In this document: positions 27,719 to 35,496 of the stretch, one piece after another | Layout: each line of letters opens with the position of its first letter | How positions within the stretch are numbered: the stretch's first letter is position 1 | Source of the DNA: a candidate division FCPU426 bacterium | GTDB taxonomy: Bacteria; Oederibacteriota; JAAXVQ01; JAUVAV01 | Length of the DNA: 42,603 nt | NCBI GenBank assembly: GCA_030637655.1 | Contig: DAOWGI010000106.1 | Coordinates: 1-42,603, forward strand | Direction of reading: 5' to 3' | Made by a program: the position numbers and the translations under genes | The notes under the pieces: generated by a model | The model's database searches: none | Seen by the model: the letters and a program-made list of their open reading frames with translations, nothing else | What the model was told of the DNA's origin: nothing

Positions 27719-28297
27719 ATGACTTTCTTTACGCTCTGGAAAAACGGTTATTTGAACCCGAGTCTGACTTGGCAGGCGCTAAAAAGCAAGACCGGTCCTT
27801 ATTACGGCTTGGCAGGCGTAATATTCTGCTGGCTTGGTCGTGATCTTTTGATCATAGTGCCCTGGTATTTTATGGGTATCGAGCCCTGGCAACCATCATA
27901 TATTTCTTTTTTAACCCCGGAAAATTATTATTTCTGGGAAATGTTGTTTTTGCCGGATTTTGGCTTGCTGATATGGCTGACCGGAAGCGCTTTGCTCTAT
28001 TTGTTTTTGAGAATTGTCGAGTGGCCGGTTGCATTTGATCAAGTATTGAATTTAACGGGAATAACAGCGCTTATTATTGCGCCCATCGGAATAGTGTTGG
28101 ATTGGATGGTCTGTTGATTTGAGCTGCGAACCGTGTTGGTTATGGGATGCCTGCATTCCGGTTTGGCGCTCTGGAGTTTGCTTTTGGTTGCCTTTGGGCT
28201 TTGGCATATGTTTGGAGTACAAAAAAAATACGGTTGGTTATTGGCCTTGTTGGTCACCGCTGTGAATATACTGGTTGCGGCCATTGTTGTGAGGTGA
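27719..28297 (+). pseudogene. Multi-pass (Yip1-like) membrane protein with one in-frame TGA at 28115-28117
   Basis: The hydrophobic ORF continues in frame after the TGA for 59 codons (FELRTVLVMGCLHSGLALWSLLLVAFGL...AAIVVR*). Confidence 0.65.
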
Positions 28298-28316
28298 GAT
28301 AAAAAGGAGGCGAACT

Positions 28317-28697
28317 ATGATACCAAATGGATTGTTGTACATCGGTGCTGTTTTTATTCTGCTGTGGGGGATTGCTCATTTGTTTCCCACCAAGAACGTA
28401 GTTCGTGGTTTTGGAGAAATTTCCCAAGACAACAAGCACATTATTACCATGGAATGGATTGTCGAAGGGGTGGCCCTAGCTTATATTGGCATTACAGTTA
28501 TCGTGATTACCATACTGGGAGGCACTGGAAATCCAATTGGTATTGCTTATTATCGCATGGCCGCCGCCGGTTTGGCAGTATTGGCAGTGGTGTCAGGATT
28601 TACCGGTGCGAAAGTTAATTTTTTACCCTTTAAACTCTGTGTGCCGATTATGTCAACGTCCGCTGTACTCTTTTTTCTTGGTAGCATTTTGAAATGA
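28317..28697 (+). CDS. Hypothetical 4-TM membrane protein
   Basis: RBS aggagg; WGIAHLFPT..VV.GFG.IS.DN..IITMEW; hydrophobic helices. Confidence 0.8.
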   Translation: MIPNGLLYIGAVFILLWGIAHLFPTKNVVRGFGEISQDNKHIITMEWIVEGVALAYIGITVIVITILGGTGNPIGIAYYRMAAAGLAVLAVVSGFTGAKVNFLPFKLCVPIMSTSAVLFFLGSILK

Positions 28698-28730
28698 CTG
28701 TAGGGGCACAAAATTTTGTGCCCCTACAGT
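28697..28730. repeat. GTAG-type palindrome (34-bp perfect) between convergent genes
   Basis: actgtaggggcacaaaattttgtgcccctacagt. Confidence 0.9.
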
Positions 28731-28735
28731 TTGTT

Positions 28736-30247
28736 TTATTTCATAAAATCCGGCAGATTTTCTCTGAGGCCGATTCTCTGCGGTGTAAACCGGGTGGGTT
28801 CGTGCGGCGGTTCCGGGAAAGCCGGCGCAAGATTTACACCGCCGGGTTTGGGTTGCATGGCTTTTTTCTCCTTTTTCAATTTATCCGCAGCCTGTTTTTC
28901 TTTTTTGTTGGCAGAACGACTGAATATTTTATTGCCATGCAGTTCGCAGAACATTGCGTATTGCTGTGGGTTACTAAACTCATACAGTATTTTCCTGCCG
29001 GCTTTGTCTTTGTGCACAGCAGCAATGGGTGTAAAAGCATGGGCTTTATTGTCTTGGTAATAGTAGGTGGTGGAGCTGCCGTCCGGGTAGTGGGTTTTTT
29101 GTAACCGGCCGCCCAGGTATTCGTTGGTCTGAACCAATTCTCCTAGCTCGTTGTGTTGTTTTTCCACCATTTTTTGCAGAGGAATGGCAGCAATATCCAC
29201 ATTGGATTGCGCTGGCGCCGTAATACCCGAAATTGCCAAAATTTGGTCAATGTAACTTATGGTTTTGTTATTCTTGTTGTACCGAAGAGCGATAGGATTA
29301 CCCTGGAAATCAAAAAAATGATTATCAAAAGTTCGTCCGGCCCGGGAGGTGCGGACGGTTTTTCCTTTCGGACGCCTGGAATCCAATTTGTTTTGCACAG
29401 CAGAGGCTCTAATCACAACCGGAGCACTAAAGCTGGACGCAATCTCAGTAAAGGTCTTGGCCTTAAATATATCCTCCAATATTGGCATCGATTTTCCGTT
29501 TTGAGTGACCTTTCGGAGTTGCCATTTTTGGTTAAAAACATACTCGGTTTTGCCTTTTTCATCATGCACAGTTACCCGGATGGTTGCAATTATTCCACCA
29601 TGTCCATAGCCATAATTAAAGAAGATTGATCTGTTCGTTTCTTTGATATGGCGTAATAGACCGGCATTGTCGATATACCGCTCTTTTTTTATACCTGCCT
29701 TATCAATACTGACCACATAAAGACCATTTGCTCTGTACTTGAAATTGTAAATGACGCCGTTTTTTCCGATCGCTTGTATTATACGTCCATCGGCATCAGT
29801 GGAAAATTCAGCTTCGTATAATTCCAAAGCTAAGCTCATCAGACCAAAAACTTCGGGCGCCAAGACTTTGCCCCGGTCTACTTCAAGCGTAATGGACCGT
29901 GTGAGCTCAGGGGTCTTCAGTAAAAAGCGGAGAAAAAGCCCCATAAGCGTGGCTGAATTTTCCCGTGGGAAATGGCGATGGAAAGACAGTTTGAGATTCT
30001 TCATCATTTGAGGAGCGGACGTTAATATAATACCTTTGATTTGGCGCAAGGAATAATTGCGGAAGAACCAGGCCACAAATTGATCCAGCTTTTTTTCTTC
30101 TTTTTCCGAGTCAAAGGCTGCAATGCTTTCTTTGGATGACGTAGGGTCCGCGGCCGATACAGGAGGCGAGAGTATTATTATTCCTGTGAAAAACAAGACG
30201 GATAGCATCAGGCATTGCCATTTTTTTACATACTGATGTTCTGACAT
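28736..30247 (-). CDS. Hypothetical secreted protein with YD/RHS-like beta-hairpin repeats
   Basis: Signal peptide (..PPVSA-A). Repeats TDADGRIIQ, YIDNAGLL, VHDEKGK.EY, FDFQGNPI, HNELGELVQ, YPDGSSTTYYY, HKDKAGR. Confidence 0.6.
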   Translation of the reverse strand: MSEHQYVKKWQCLMLSVLFFTGIIILSPPVSAADPTSSKESIAAFDSEKEEKKLDQFVAWFFRNYSLRQIKGIILTSAPQMMKNLKLSFHRHFPRENSATLMGLFLRFLLKTPELTRSITLEVDRGKVLAPEVFGLMSLALELYEAEFSTDADGRIIQAIGKNGVIYNFKYRANGLYVVSIDKAGIKKERYIDNAGLLRHIKETNRSIFFNYGYGHGGIIATIRVTVHDEKGKTEYVFNQKWQLRKVTQNGKSMPILEDIFKAKTFTEIASSFSAPVVIRASAVQNKLDSRRPKGKTVRTSRAGRTFDNHFFDFQGNPIALRYNKNNKTISYIDQILAISGITAPAQSNVDIAAIPLQKMVEKQHNELGELVQTNEYLGGRLQKTHYPDGSSTTYYYQDNKAHAFTPIAAVHKDKAGRKILYEFSNPQQYAMFCELHGNKIFSRSANKKEKQAADKLKKEKKAMQPKPGGVNLAPAFPEPPHEPTRFTPQRIGLRENLPDFMK

Positions 30248-30505
30248 GTTGGTCACTCCCAAAGCGTAAATTTGTTTGTCTGTAAAGTTGTTATTCCGAA
30301 TATAATTATAGCCGGTATTTTACGCGTGTGCAACCGGGCCGCACGGATTTTACAATTTATTTACAAAATCATGACAAATGTTCCTGGAAGTGCCGGGCAC
30401 CGAATGTTGTTGAAAATAAATGAGATAGGAACAAGGCAGCTCGGCGCTTGACATTACCAAGACCCTGGGAGAAGATTGACAAACTTTATTCAGGCAAGGA
30501 TCAGC

Positions 30506-31624
30506 ATGATACATGAAACCAAAGCCGAAACCATATTATTAAAGCATAAGCGGGTGGATTCCTGGTTCTTGTCCATAGCCGGCATGAATCTGTACCGGGG
30601 ATGCGAGCACAATTGCGCCTATTGTGACGGCCGGTCAGAGAAATATCAGGTTGGAGGCGAGTTTGGCCAGGACGTGGTTGTGAAAGTCAATGCGCCTGAA
30701 CTATTAAAAAAAGAGCTGGATCCCACACACCGACGCGTACCTTTGAAACCCGGTTACCTTATTATGGGTGGCGGTGTGGGGGATTGTTATCAACCGGCAG
30801 AGAGGAAATACAAGCTTACCCGTCAAGCGCTGGATATCATTGCCGGATTTCGATACCCTGTGCATGTGCTCACGAAATCATGTTTGATAGAACGTGATTT
30901 TGATATCCTGAAAAGAATCAATACAAACTCTCGTGTCATTCTCAGCATGAGTTTTTCTACAGTTTTTGACAACATCAGTCGCGTGTTTGAACCCGGAACG
31001 TCCTTGCCCTCGAATCGCATAAAGACCTTGCGCCAAGCAAAAAAAATGGGAATGGCCACAGGTATGTTTCTCATGCCGGTCATCCCCTGGATTACGGATA
31101 TGCCGGATATGATTGAAGCGGCTGTTCGGCAGGCCAAAAGCGTGGGCGTGGATTTTATAGTTTTTGGCGGCCTGACTTTGAAAGACGGACGACAGAAGGA
31201 ATATTTTATGCAGGCCCTATTAAAGGATCATAAAAAGCTGGCGCAGGAATATGAGCAATTATACCAGGACCCTTTGTGGGGAAACGCGTCTTCGGAATAT
31301 TACGCCGGTCTGTCCTCTGTTTTTAACAAAATTGCCAAGGAATATAAAATTTCCAAACGCATTCCTCTATATTTGTATCAAGATATACTCACGGAAAATG
31401 ATCGCGTTATTATTATGTTGGAACACCTGGATTATCTCTTGAAACTGGACGGTCAAAAATCTCCTTATGGTTTTGCGGCCAAAAGCATTGCTTGTCTGGA
31501 TAAACCGGTTTCCCAAACGCGCGGTTCGTTGCGGAAGTTAAAGGGTGTGGGTGAGGTAACCGAGCGGATTATTTGTGAGATTTTGGAAACAGGAACGTTG
31601 AAATATTTGGAATCGCTGTTGTAG
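30506..31624 (+). CDS. SplB-like (spore photoproduct lyase family) radical SAM protein with C-terminal helix-hairpin-helix domain
   Basis: MNLYRGCEHNCAYC, VKVNAPELL..EL, D.YQPAE, LTKS.LI.RD, FEPG. C-terminus LRKLKGVGEVTERII.EILETG.L resembles the PolX N-terminal HhH. Confidence 0.8.
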   Translation: MIHETKAETILLKHKRVDSWFLSIAGMNLYRGCEHNCAYCDGRSEKYQVGGEFGQDVVVKVNAPELLKKELDPTHRRVPLKPGYLIMGGGVGDCYQPAERKYKLTRQALDIIAGFRYPVHVLTKSCLIERDFDILKRINTNSRVILSMSFSTVFDNISRVFEPGTSLPSNRIKTLRQAKKMGMATGMFLMPVIPWITDMPDMIEAAVRQAKSVGVDFIVFGGLTLKDGRQKEYFMQALLKDHKKLAQEYEQLYQDPLWGNASSEYYAGLSSVFNKIAKEYKISKRIPLYLYQDILTENDRVIIMLEHLDYLLKLDGQKSPYGFAAKSIACLDKPVSQTRGSLRKLKGVGEVTERIICEILETGTLKYLESLL

Positions 31625-31705
31625 AAAAAAACGGTTATATTGATTATTGATATGGTATAATAACTATAGTACTATGACTATGGTCTTTAAAAAGGAGTGA
31701 TATAT

Positions 31706-31945
31706 ATGCAGCAAATACCGGCCGGGGAATTCAAAGCTAAGTGTTTGAAAATAATGGACGAAATAAATAAGTATCACAAAGAAATTATTATAACCAAATT
31801 CAATAAACCGGTGGTCAAAATCGTTCCTGTTGATCAGGGTGATTTTAAATCCGTTTTTGGTTGCCTGAAAGGATCGGTTACGATAAACAGTGATATTGTC
31901 AAACCAACAGGAGAAACCTGGCATGCGGATGAAAACAACATCTGA
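31706..31945 (+). CDS. Type II antitoxin, Phd/YefM family
   Basis: IPAGEFKAKCLKIMDEI...EIIITK..KPVVKIVP; RBS aaggag; upstream actatg tandem operator-like repeats. Confidence 0.9.
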   Translation: MQQIPAGEFKAKCLKIMDEINKYHKEIIITKFNKPVVKIVPVDQGDFKSVFGCLKGSVTINSDIVKPTGETWHADENNI

Positions 31946-32357
31946 TCAATTGTACTTAATGGATACCCACATTTGGATATGGCTGTTAAACGGTGATGGC
32001 CGTCTTTTGAAGTCTAAGTTGTTGAAATTGATTGAAAAAGCTGTGAAAAAGTCTCTGCTAAGGATATCGATAATTTCAATTTGGGAAGTAGGAATGTTGG
32101 AAGCCAAAGGTAGGATTTCATTGCCGAATAATATTCGCGATTGGATAGATAAAGCGTTGTCGGTCCCGGGAATCTTAGTAGAACCAATGAATGAAAAAAT
32201 CGCCATTGATAGTACTAGACTGCCAGGTGATTTTCATGGTGATCCCGCAGATAGAATTGTTGTCTCAACTGCGAGATACTTAGACGCCAGGATAATCACC
32301 CATGATAAAGCGATAATAAAATATGCAAAACTCAAACATGTTAAAATCGTAGAGTAA
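31929..32357 (+). CDS. Type II toxin, VapC/PIN domain ribonuclease
   Basis: LMDTHIWIW, SIISIWEV..L..KGRI, FHGDPADRIVVSTA, IITHD. Confidence 0.9.
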   Translation: MKTTSDQLYLMDTHIWIWLLNGDGRLLKSKLLKLIEKAVKKSLLRISIISIWEVGMLEAKGRISLPNNIRDWIDKALSVPGILVEPMNEKIAIDSTRLPGDFHGDPADRIVVSTARYLDARIITHDKAIIKYAKLKHVKIVE

Positions 32358-32477
32358 AACAACCGCCGGCAAATCAGATTTTCGCAAATTTTGCACAGTA
32401 TAGAAATAGTCTAATACACCTTAGAAAACAAGATTTTTTAATTAAGGATATAAATCCGATTAGTTGAATTGTTTTAG

Positions 32478-33779
32478 TTATTTGCATTGATTATGACGGG
32501 CCACGCGGTCTTTGAGTTTTTTAATTTCAGTTTTTGGATATTCGTTGAATAATATGGAAAAGACCGTGTTGTTGGTTAGTAAAGGATCAATATCCGGAGT
32601 AATAATATTCTTTTCAACGAGTTCCTGCCAGACCGGTGTTCCAGGTAAGGGAGAAAATTCGGTAAGCTGGATTCGCACATTTAAAGTTTCCAAGAAGTGA
32701 ATACCTTCCCAAATTTCATCAATGGGTTGACCCGGCAATCCGTACATCAGATAAACGCCGATCTCTTGTTTGGTAAATCCCGTTTTTTTTAAATTAACCA
32801 CAGCAGCAGCGAATTCCTTATTCGTTATTTTGCCGCCGGTTTTCGCTTGGCGTTGGGCATTGACGGTTTCCAGACTAAGCCGGATGGTTTTAAAGCCCGC
32901 TTTTTTCATGAGTTCCGCGGTTTTTTCATCCACCAAACGGGCGTGCAATCCATTGGGTGTGTGAAAGTTAATCTTTAAACCGGCAGCAATAATCTTTTGC
33001 ATGATGGGTTGGATATGTTTTTCAGGCCGGGACAACAAGGCATCATCATAAAAGGCAATATCCTGCACACCCAAGTCGGAAAGATTTTTAATTTCCCGCA
33101 CTACCGCGTTGGGGGGGCGTTGCGAGAACTTCGGATTCAGTTGTGAGGAAGCACAGTATGAACAACAATACGGACAGCCCCGGGAGGTAAGCAAAGGCGC
33201 GTATTCCTGAGTTTTGTAAAATCCTAAGCGATAATAGGGTTTGGGCTGTTGGGCAGGAGTTAAAATGATTCCGAAATCACGCAAAACCTGTTCGAGGGTT
33301 TTGTTAACGGGCCCGAGATACAGGGCATCAGCACCGGAGTTGTTTACTGCATGCTCAGGATACAATTGCGGATAAATCCCGCCTAAACAGATGGGAGTAT
33401 GCGGGGCAATGGTTTTACATTGTCGGATGGACTCGTGTACTCCCGGATACCAGTAGGTCATCATAGAACTCATTAAGATAACATCCGCCGGCAGGAGTGT
33501 TTGCAGTTGTTTCTGGAAATCTTCTAAAGTAATACCATAACGCGCATACGGTCGATCTATAGTTGGCAGGCATTCCGGGGTAGGGAGTGTGGTTTTAGGA
33601 TATTTCCCCTTATGAAAGCGCAGGGTAACCGGGGTATCCAGACAATCCAGGTAGACCAGGTCAACTGAGTAGGCAGAGAGAAATTCAGCGACCTGGAGCA
33701 GTCCTAAGGGCCGAGCCCATAAATTGACAGCTGCAAAATCGTAGATCCAAGGATTGATAAGCAGAATTTTGGGTCGCAT
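32478..33779 (-). CDS. B12-binding-domain radical SAM protein
   Basis: ILLINPWIYDFAA...W..PLGLL, MTYWYPG, LGGIY, TSRGCPYCCSYCAS, FYDDAL, FHTPNGLH, YLMYGLPGQ. Confidence 0.88.
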   Translation of the reverse strand: MRPKILLINPWIYDFAAVNLWARPLGLLQVAEFLSAYSVDLVYLDCLDTPVTLRFHKGKYPKTTLPTPECLPTIDRPYARYGITLEDFQKQLQTLLPADVILMSSMMTYWYPGVHESIRQCKTIAPHTPICLGGIYPQLYPEHAVNNSGADALYLGPVNKTLEQVLRDFGIILTPAQQPKPYYRLGFYKTQEYAPLLTSRGCPYCCSYCASSQLNPKFSQRPPNAVVREIKNLSDLGVQDIAFYDDALLSRPEKHIQPIMQKIIAAGLKINFHTPNGLHARLVDEKTAELMKKAGFKTIRLSLETVNAQRQAKTGGKITNKEFAAAVVNLKKTGFTKQEIGVYLMYGLPGQPIDEIWEGIHFLETLNVRIQLTEFSPLPGTPVWQELVEKNIITPDIDPLLTNNTVFSILFNEYPKTEIKKLKDRVARHNQCK

Positions 33780-33845
33780 AGCTATATAGAGTATGTCTTT
33801 TTCTGCGCTTCGTCAAGTAAGGCTGTTTTAAAAATGACAATAGAG

Positions 33846-33874
33846 TTGAAGTTTTTTATTTCTCCTATTATAAT
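33846..33874 (+). promoter_or_regulatory. sigma70-type promoter for the LCP gene
   Basis: TTGAAG-N17-TATAAT. Confidence 0.6.
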
Positions 33875-33906
33875 AAAAAAAATCCTCCCGGGGGAGGATT
33901 TTTTTT
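33875..33906. terminator. Bidirectional intrinsic-terminator-like hairpin (unusually placed between divergent genes)
   Basis: aaaaaaaatcctcc-cggg-ggaggatttttttt. Confidence 0.5.
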
Positions 33907-33934
33907 AAACCGGAACTGTACCAAGGAGTTTTGA

Positions 33935-35338
33935 GTGTTTTATAAAAGCAATAAAAAGAGGCCGATCCGGCAGAATCGCTATCGCTTACAGAGAATAGGC
34001 GCTTGCAATCAGGATGATTTTATGGCCAAGGGGGATACTCCGGCCTGGCGTTCGCTGCTGCGTTTTTTTGTACTGGGAGTAATGGTAATTGGAGCGATTT
34101 ACTTATCTGCGGTATCCATGAATATTCTGGTGCTGGGTACTGATGATGTGGATTATTCCAAACATACGGATACCATTATGCTGATGCACTGGCAACCGCT
34201 GCCTAGCCGCTTGGCTCTGCTGTCCATACCGCGGGATACTTTGATCCGGATGCCGAAACGCGGCCCCCTGAAGATCAACGCGGTATATGCCTATGGCAAC
34301 GCATTGGGCAGCAGGGAATATGCTTTGGCCATGACCCGGGCCTCGATTGAGACCTTGTTGGGAGTGAAAGTCAATTATGTGATTCACGTGAGGTATTCCA
34401 ATTTTATCACCCTGGTCGATGCCTTGGGTGGAGTTCCACTCTATGTCGAGAAACGTATGCGTTACACAGACCAGGCCGGAGGTCTCAATATTGATCTGGA
34501 CCCAGGCTATCAACTCCTGGATGGGCGTCAGGCGCTGAATTATGTCCGCTTCCGGCATGATCGTGACGGTGATATAGGAAGGATACGGAGACAACAAAAG
34601 TTTGTCAAAGCGTTTATCAATCAATTGGTCCGGTTTTCAAAATTTCCGCGGACCGCGTCTGCCTTTTATACTTTTCTAAAGCAAGTGGAAACCAATTTGA
34701 ATTTTCCGACTGCCATCTTTCTGGCTATGGAGATCAAGGGGGCGGCGCGCGGTTCCTGGCGCCAGGCGATTTTGCCGGGCAAGGGAGTATATATAAAAGG
34801 CAAGTCATATTGGAAACCGGATCTGCCGGGTATCCGTAAAGTGATTGCGGATTTGGGAAAACCGCCTCTTAAAAAAATACAAACTAAGACTACAACCACA
34901 ACTGCCAAATCAGAAACAGTGGGCAAAATCTCCGATAGCCAAGCCAAGGCGGAATCCAAACCAGCGGTAGCCCCAAAACCGACAGTGAAACCAAAACCGA
35001 AACCTACCCCCAAGCCGCAGCTGAGGCTATTGCCAAAAGGCAAACAGCCGGTGGTCCGGGTACTAAACGGCTGCGGTGTGCCGGGTGTGGCAGGCCGGAT
35101 TACCAAGCGGTTGATGAGCAATAACATACAAATACTGGAAGACAATATAACCAACGCGCCTAATTTTGATTTTGCTTATACGATTATTAAATGCAAATCA
35201 AATTATCTGCCCTGGGCCAAGCATGTTGCCGCTATTCTGGAACTGAGTGAGGATCGCATTCAAGTTGTTCCGAAAAAAATCAATTATCCCACTGTGACTA
35301 TTGTCATTGGCGGTGATTACGCGGAATTGATTAAATAA
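33935..35338 (+). CDS. LCP (LytR-CpsA-Psr) family protein with C-terminal LytR_C domain
   Basis: TM anchor, NILVLGTD, TDTIML, LSIPRDT, KINAVY, LVDALGGV, YVRFRHD..GDIGRIRRQQ; KP-rich linker; VRVLNGCGVPG.A...VTIVIGGDY. Confidence 0.92.
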   Translation: MFYKSNKKRPIRQNRYRLQRIGACNQDDFMAKGDTPAWRSLLRFFVLGVMVIGAIYLSAVSMNILVLGTDDVDYSKHTDTIMLMHWQPLPSRLALLSIPRDTLIRMPKRGPLKINAVYAYGNALGSREYALAMTRASIETLLGVKVNYVIHVRYSNFITLVDALGGVPLYVEKRMRYTDQAGGLNIDLDPGYQLLDGRQALNYVRFRHDRDGDIGRIRRQQKFVKAFINQLVRFSKFPRTASAFYTFLKQVETNLNFPTAIFLAMEIKGAARGSWRQAILPGKGVYIKGKSYWKPDLPGIRKVIADLGKPPLKKIQTKTTTTTAKSETVGKISDSQAKAESKPAVAPKPTVKPKPKPTPKPQLRLLPKGKQPVVRVLNGCGVPGVAGRITKRLMSNNIQILEDNITNAPNFDFAYTIIKCKSNYLPWAKHVAAILELSEDRIQVVPKKINYPTVTIVIGGDYAELIK

Positions 35339-35342
35339 AAAA

Positions 35343-35479
35343 AACGTAGGGGCGACCCTTGCGGTCGCCCTTAAGAAATGTAGGGGCGCACTGAGTGCGC
35401 CCGTGATTAACCGTAGGTGTGTGCGCGCCCCTGGGCGCGTCCTGATTAGAACGTAGGGGCGACCCTTGCGGTCGCCCTT
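35343..35479. repeat. Cluster of four GTAG-type REP-like units
   Basis: GTAG at 35346, 35380, 35413 and 35453. Units 1 and 4 are identical (aacgtaggggcgacccttgcggtcgccctt); unit 2 is gggcgcac-tga-gtgcgccc; unit 3 is degenerate. Confidence 0.85.
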
Positions 35480-35496
35480 GAAGGAAGGAATCGATA

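Noticed and set aside
28115-28117. Genome-wide UGA reassignment
   Set aside because: Many genes end in TGA at expected C-termini with ATGA/GTGA overlaps.
35343-35479. Repeat cluster as a mini-CRISPR
   Set aside because: The units are heterogeneous hairpins with very short gaps, and there are no cas genes.
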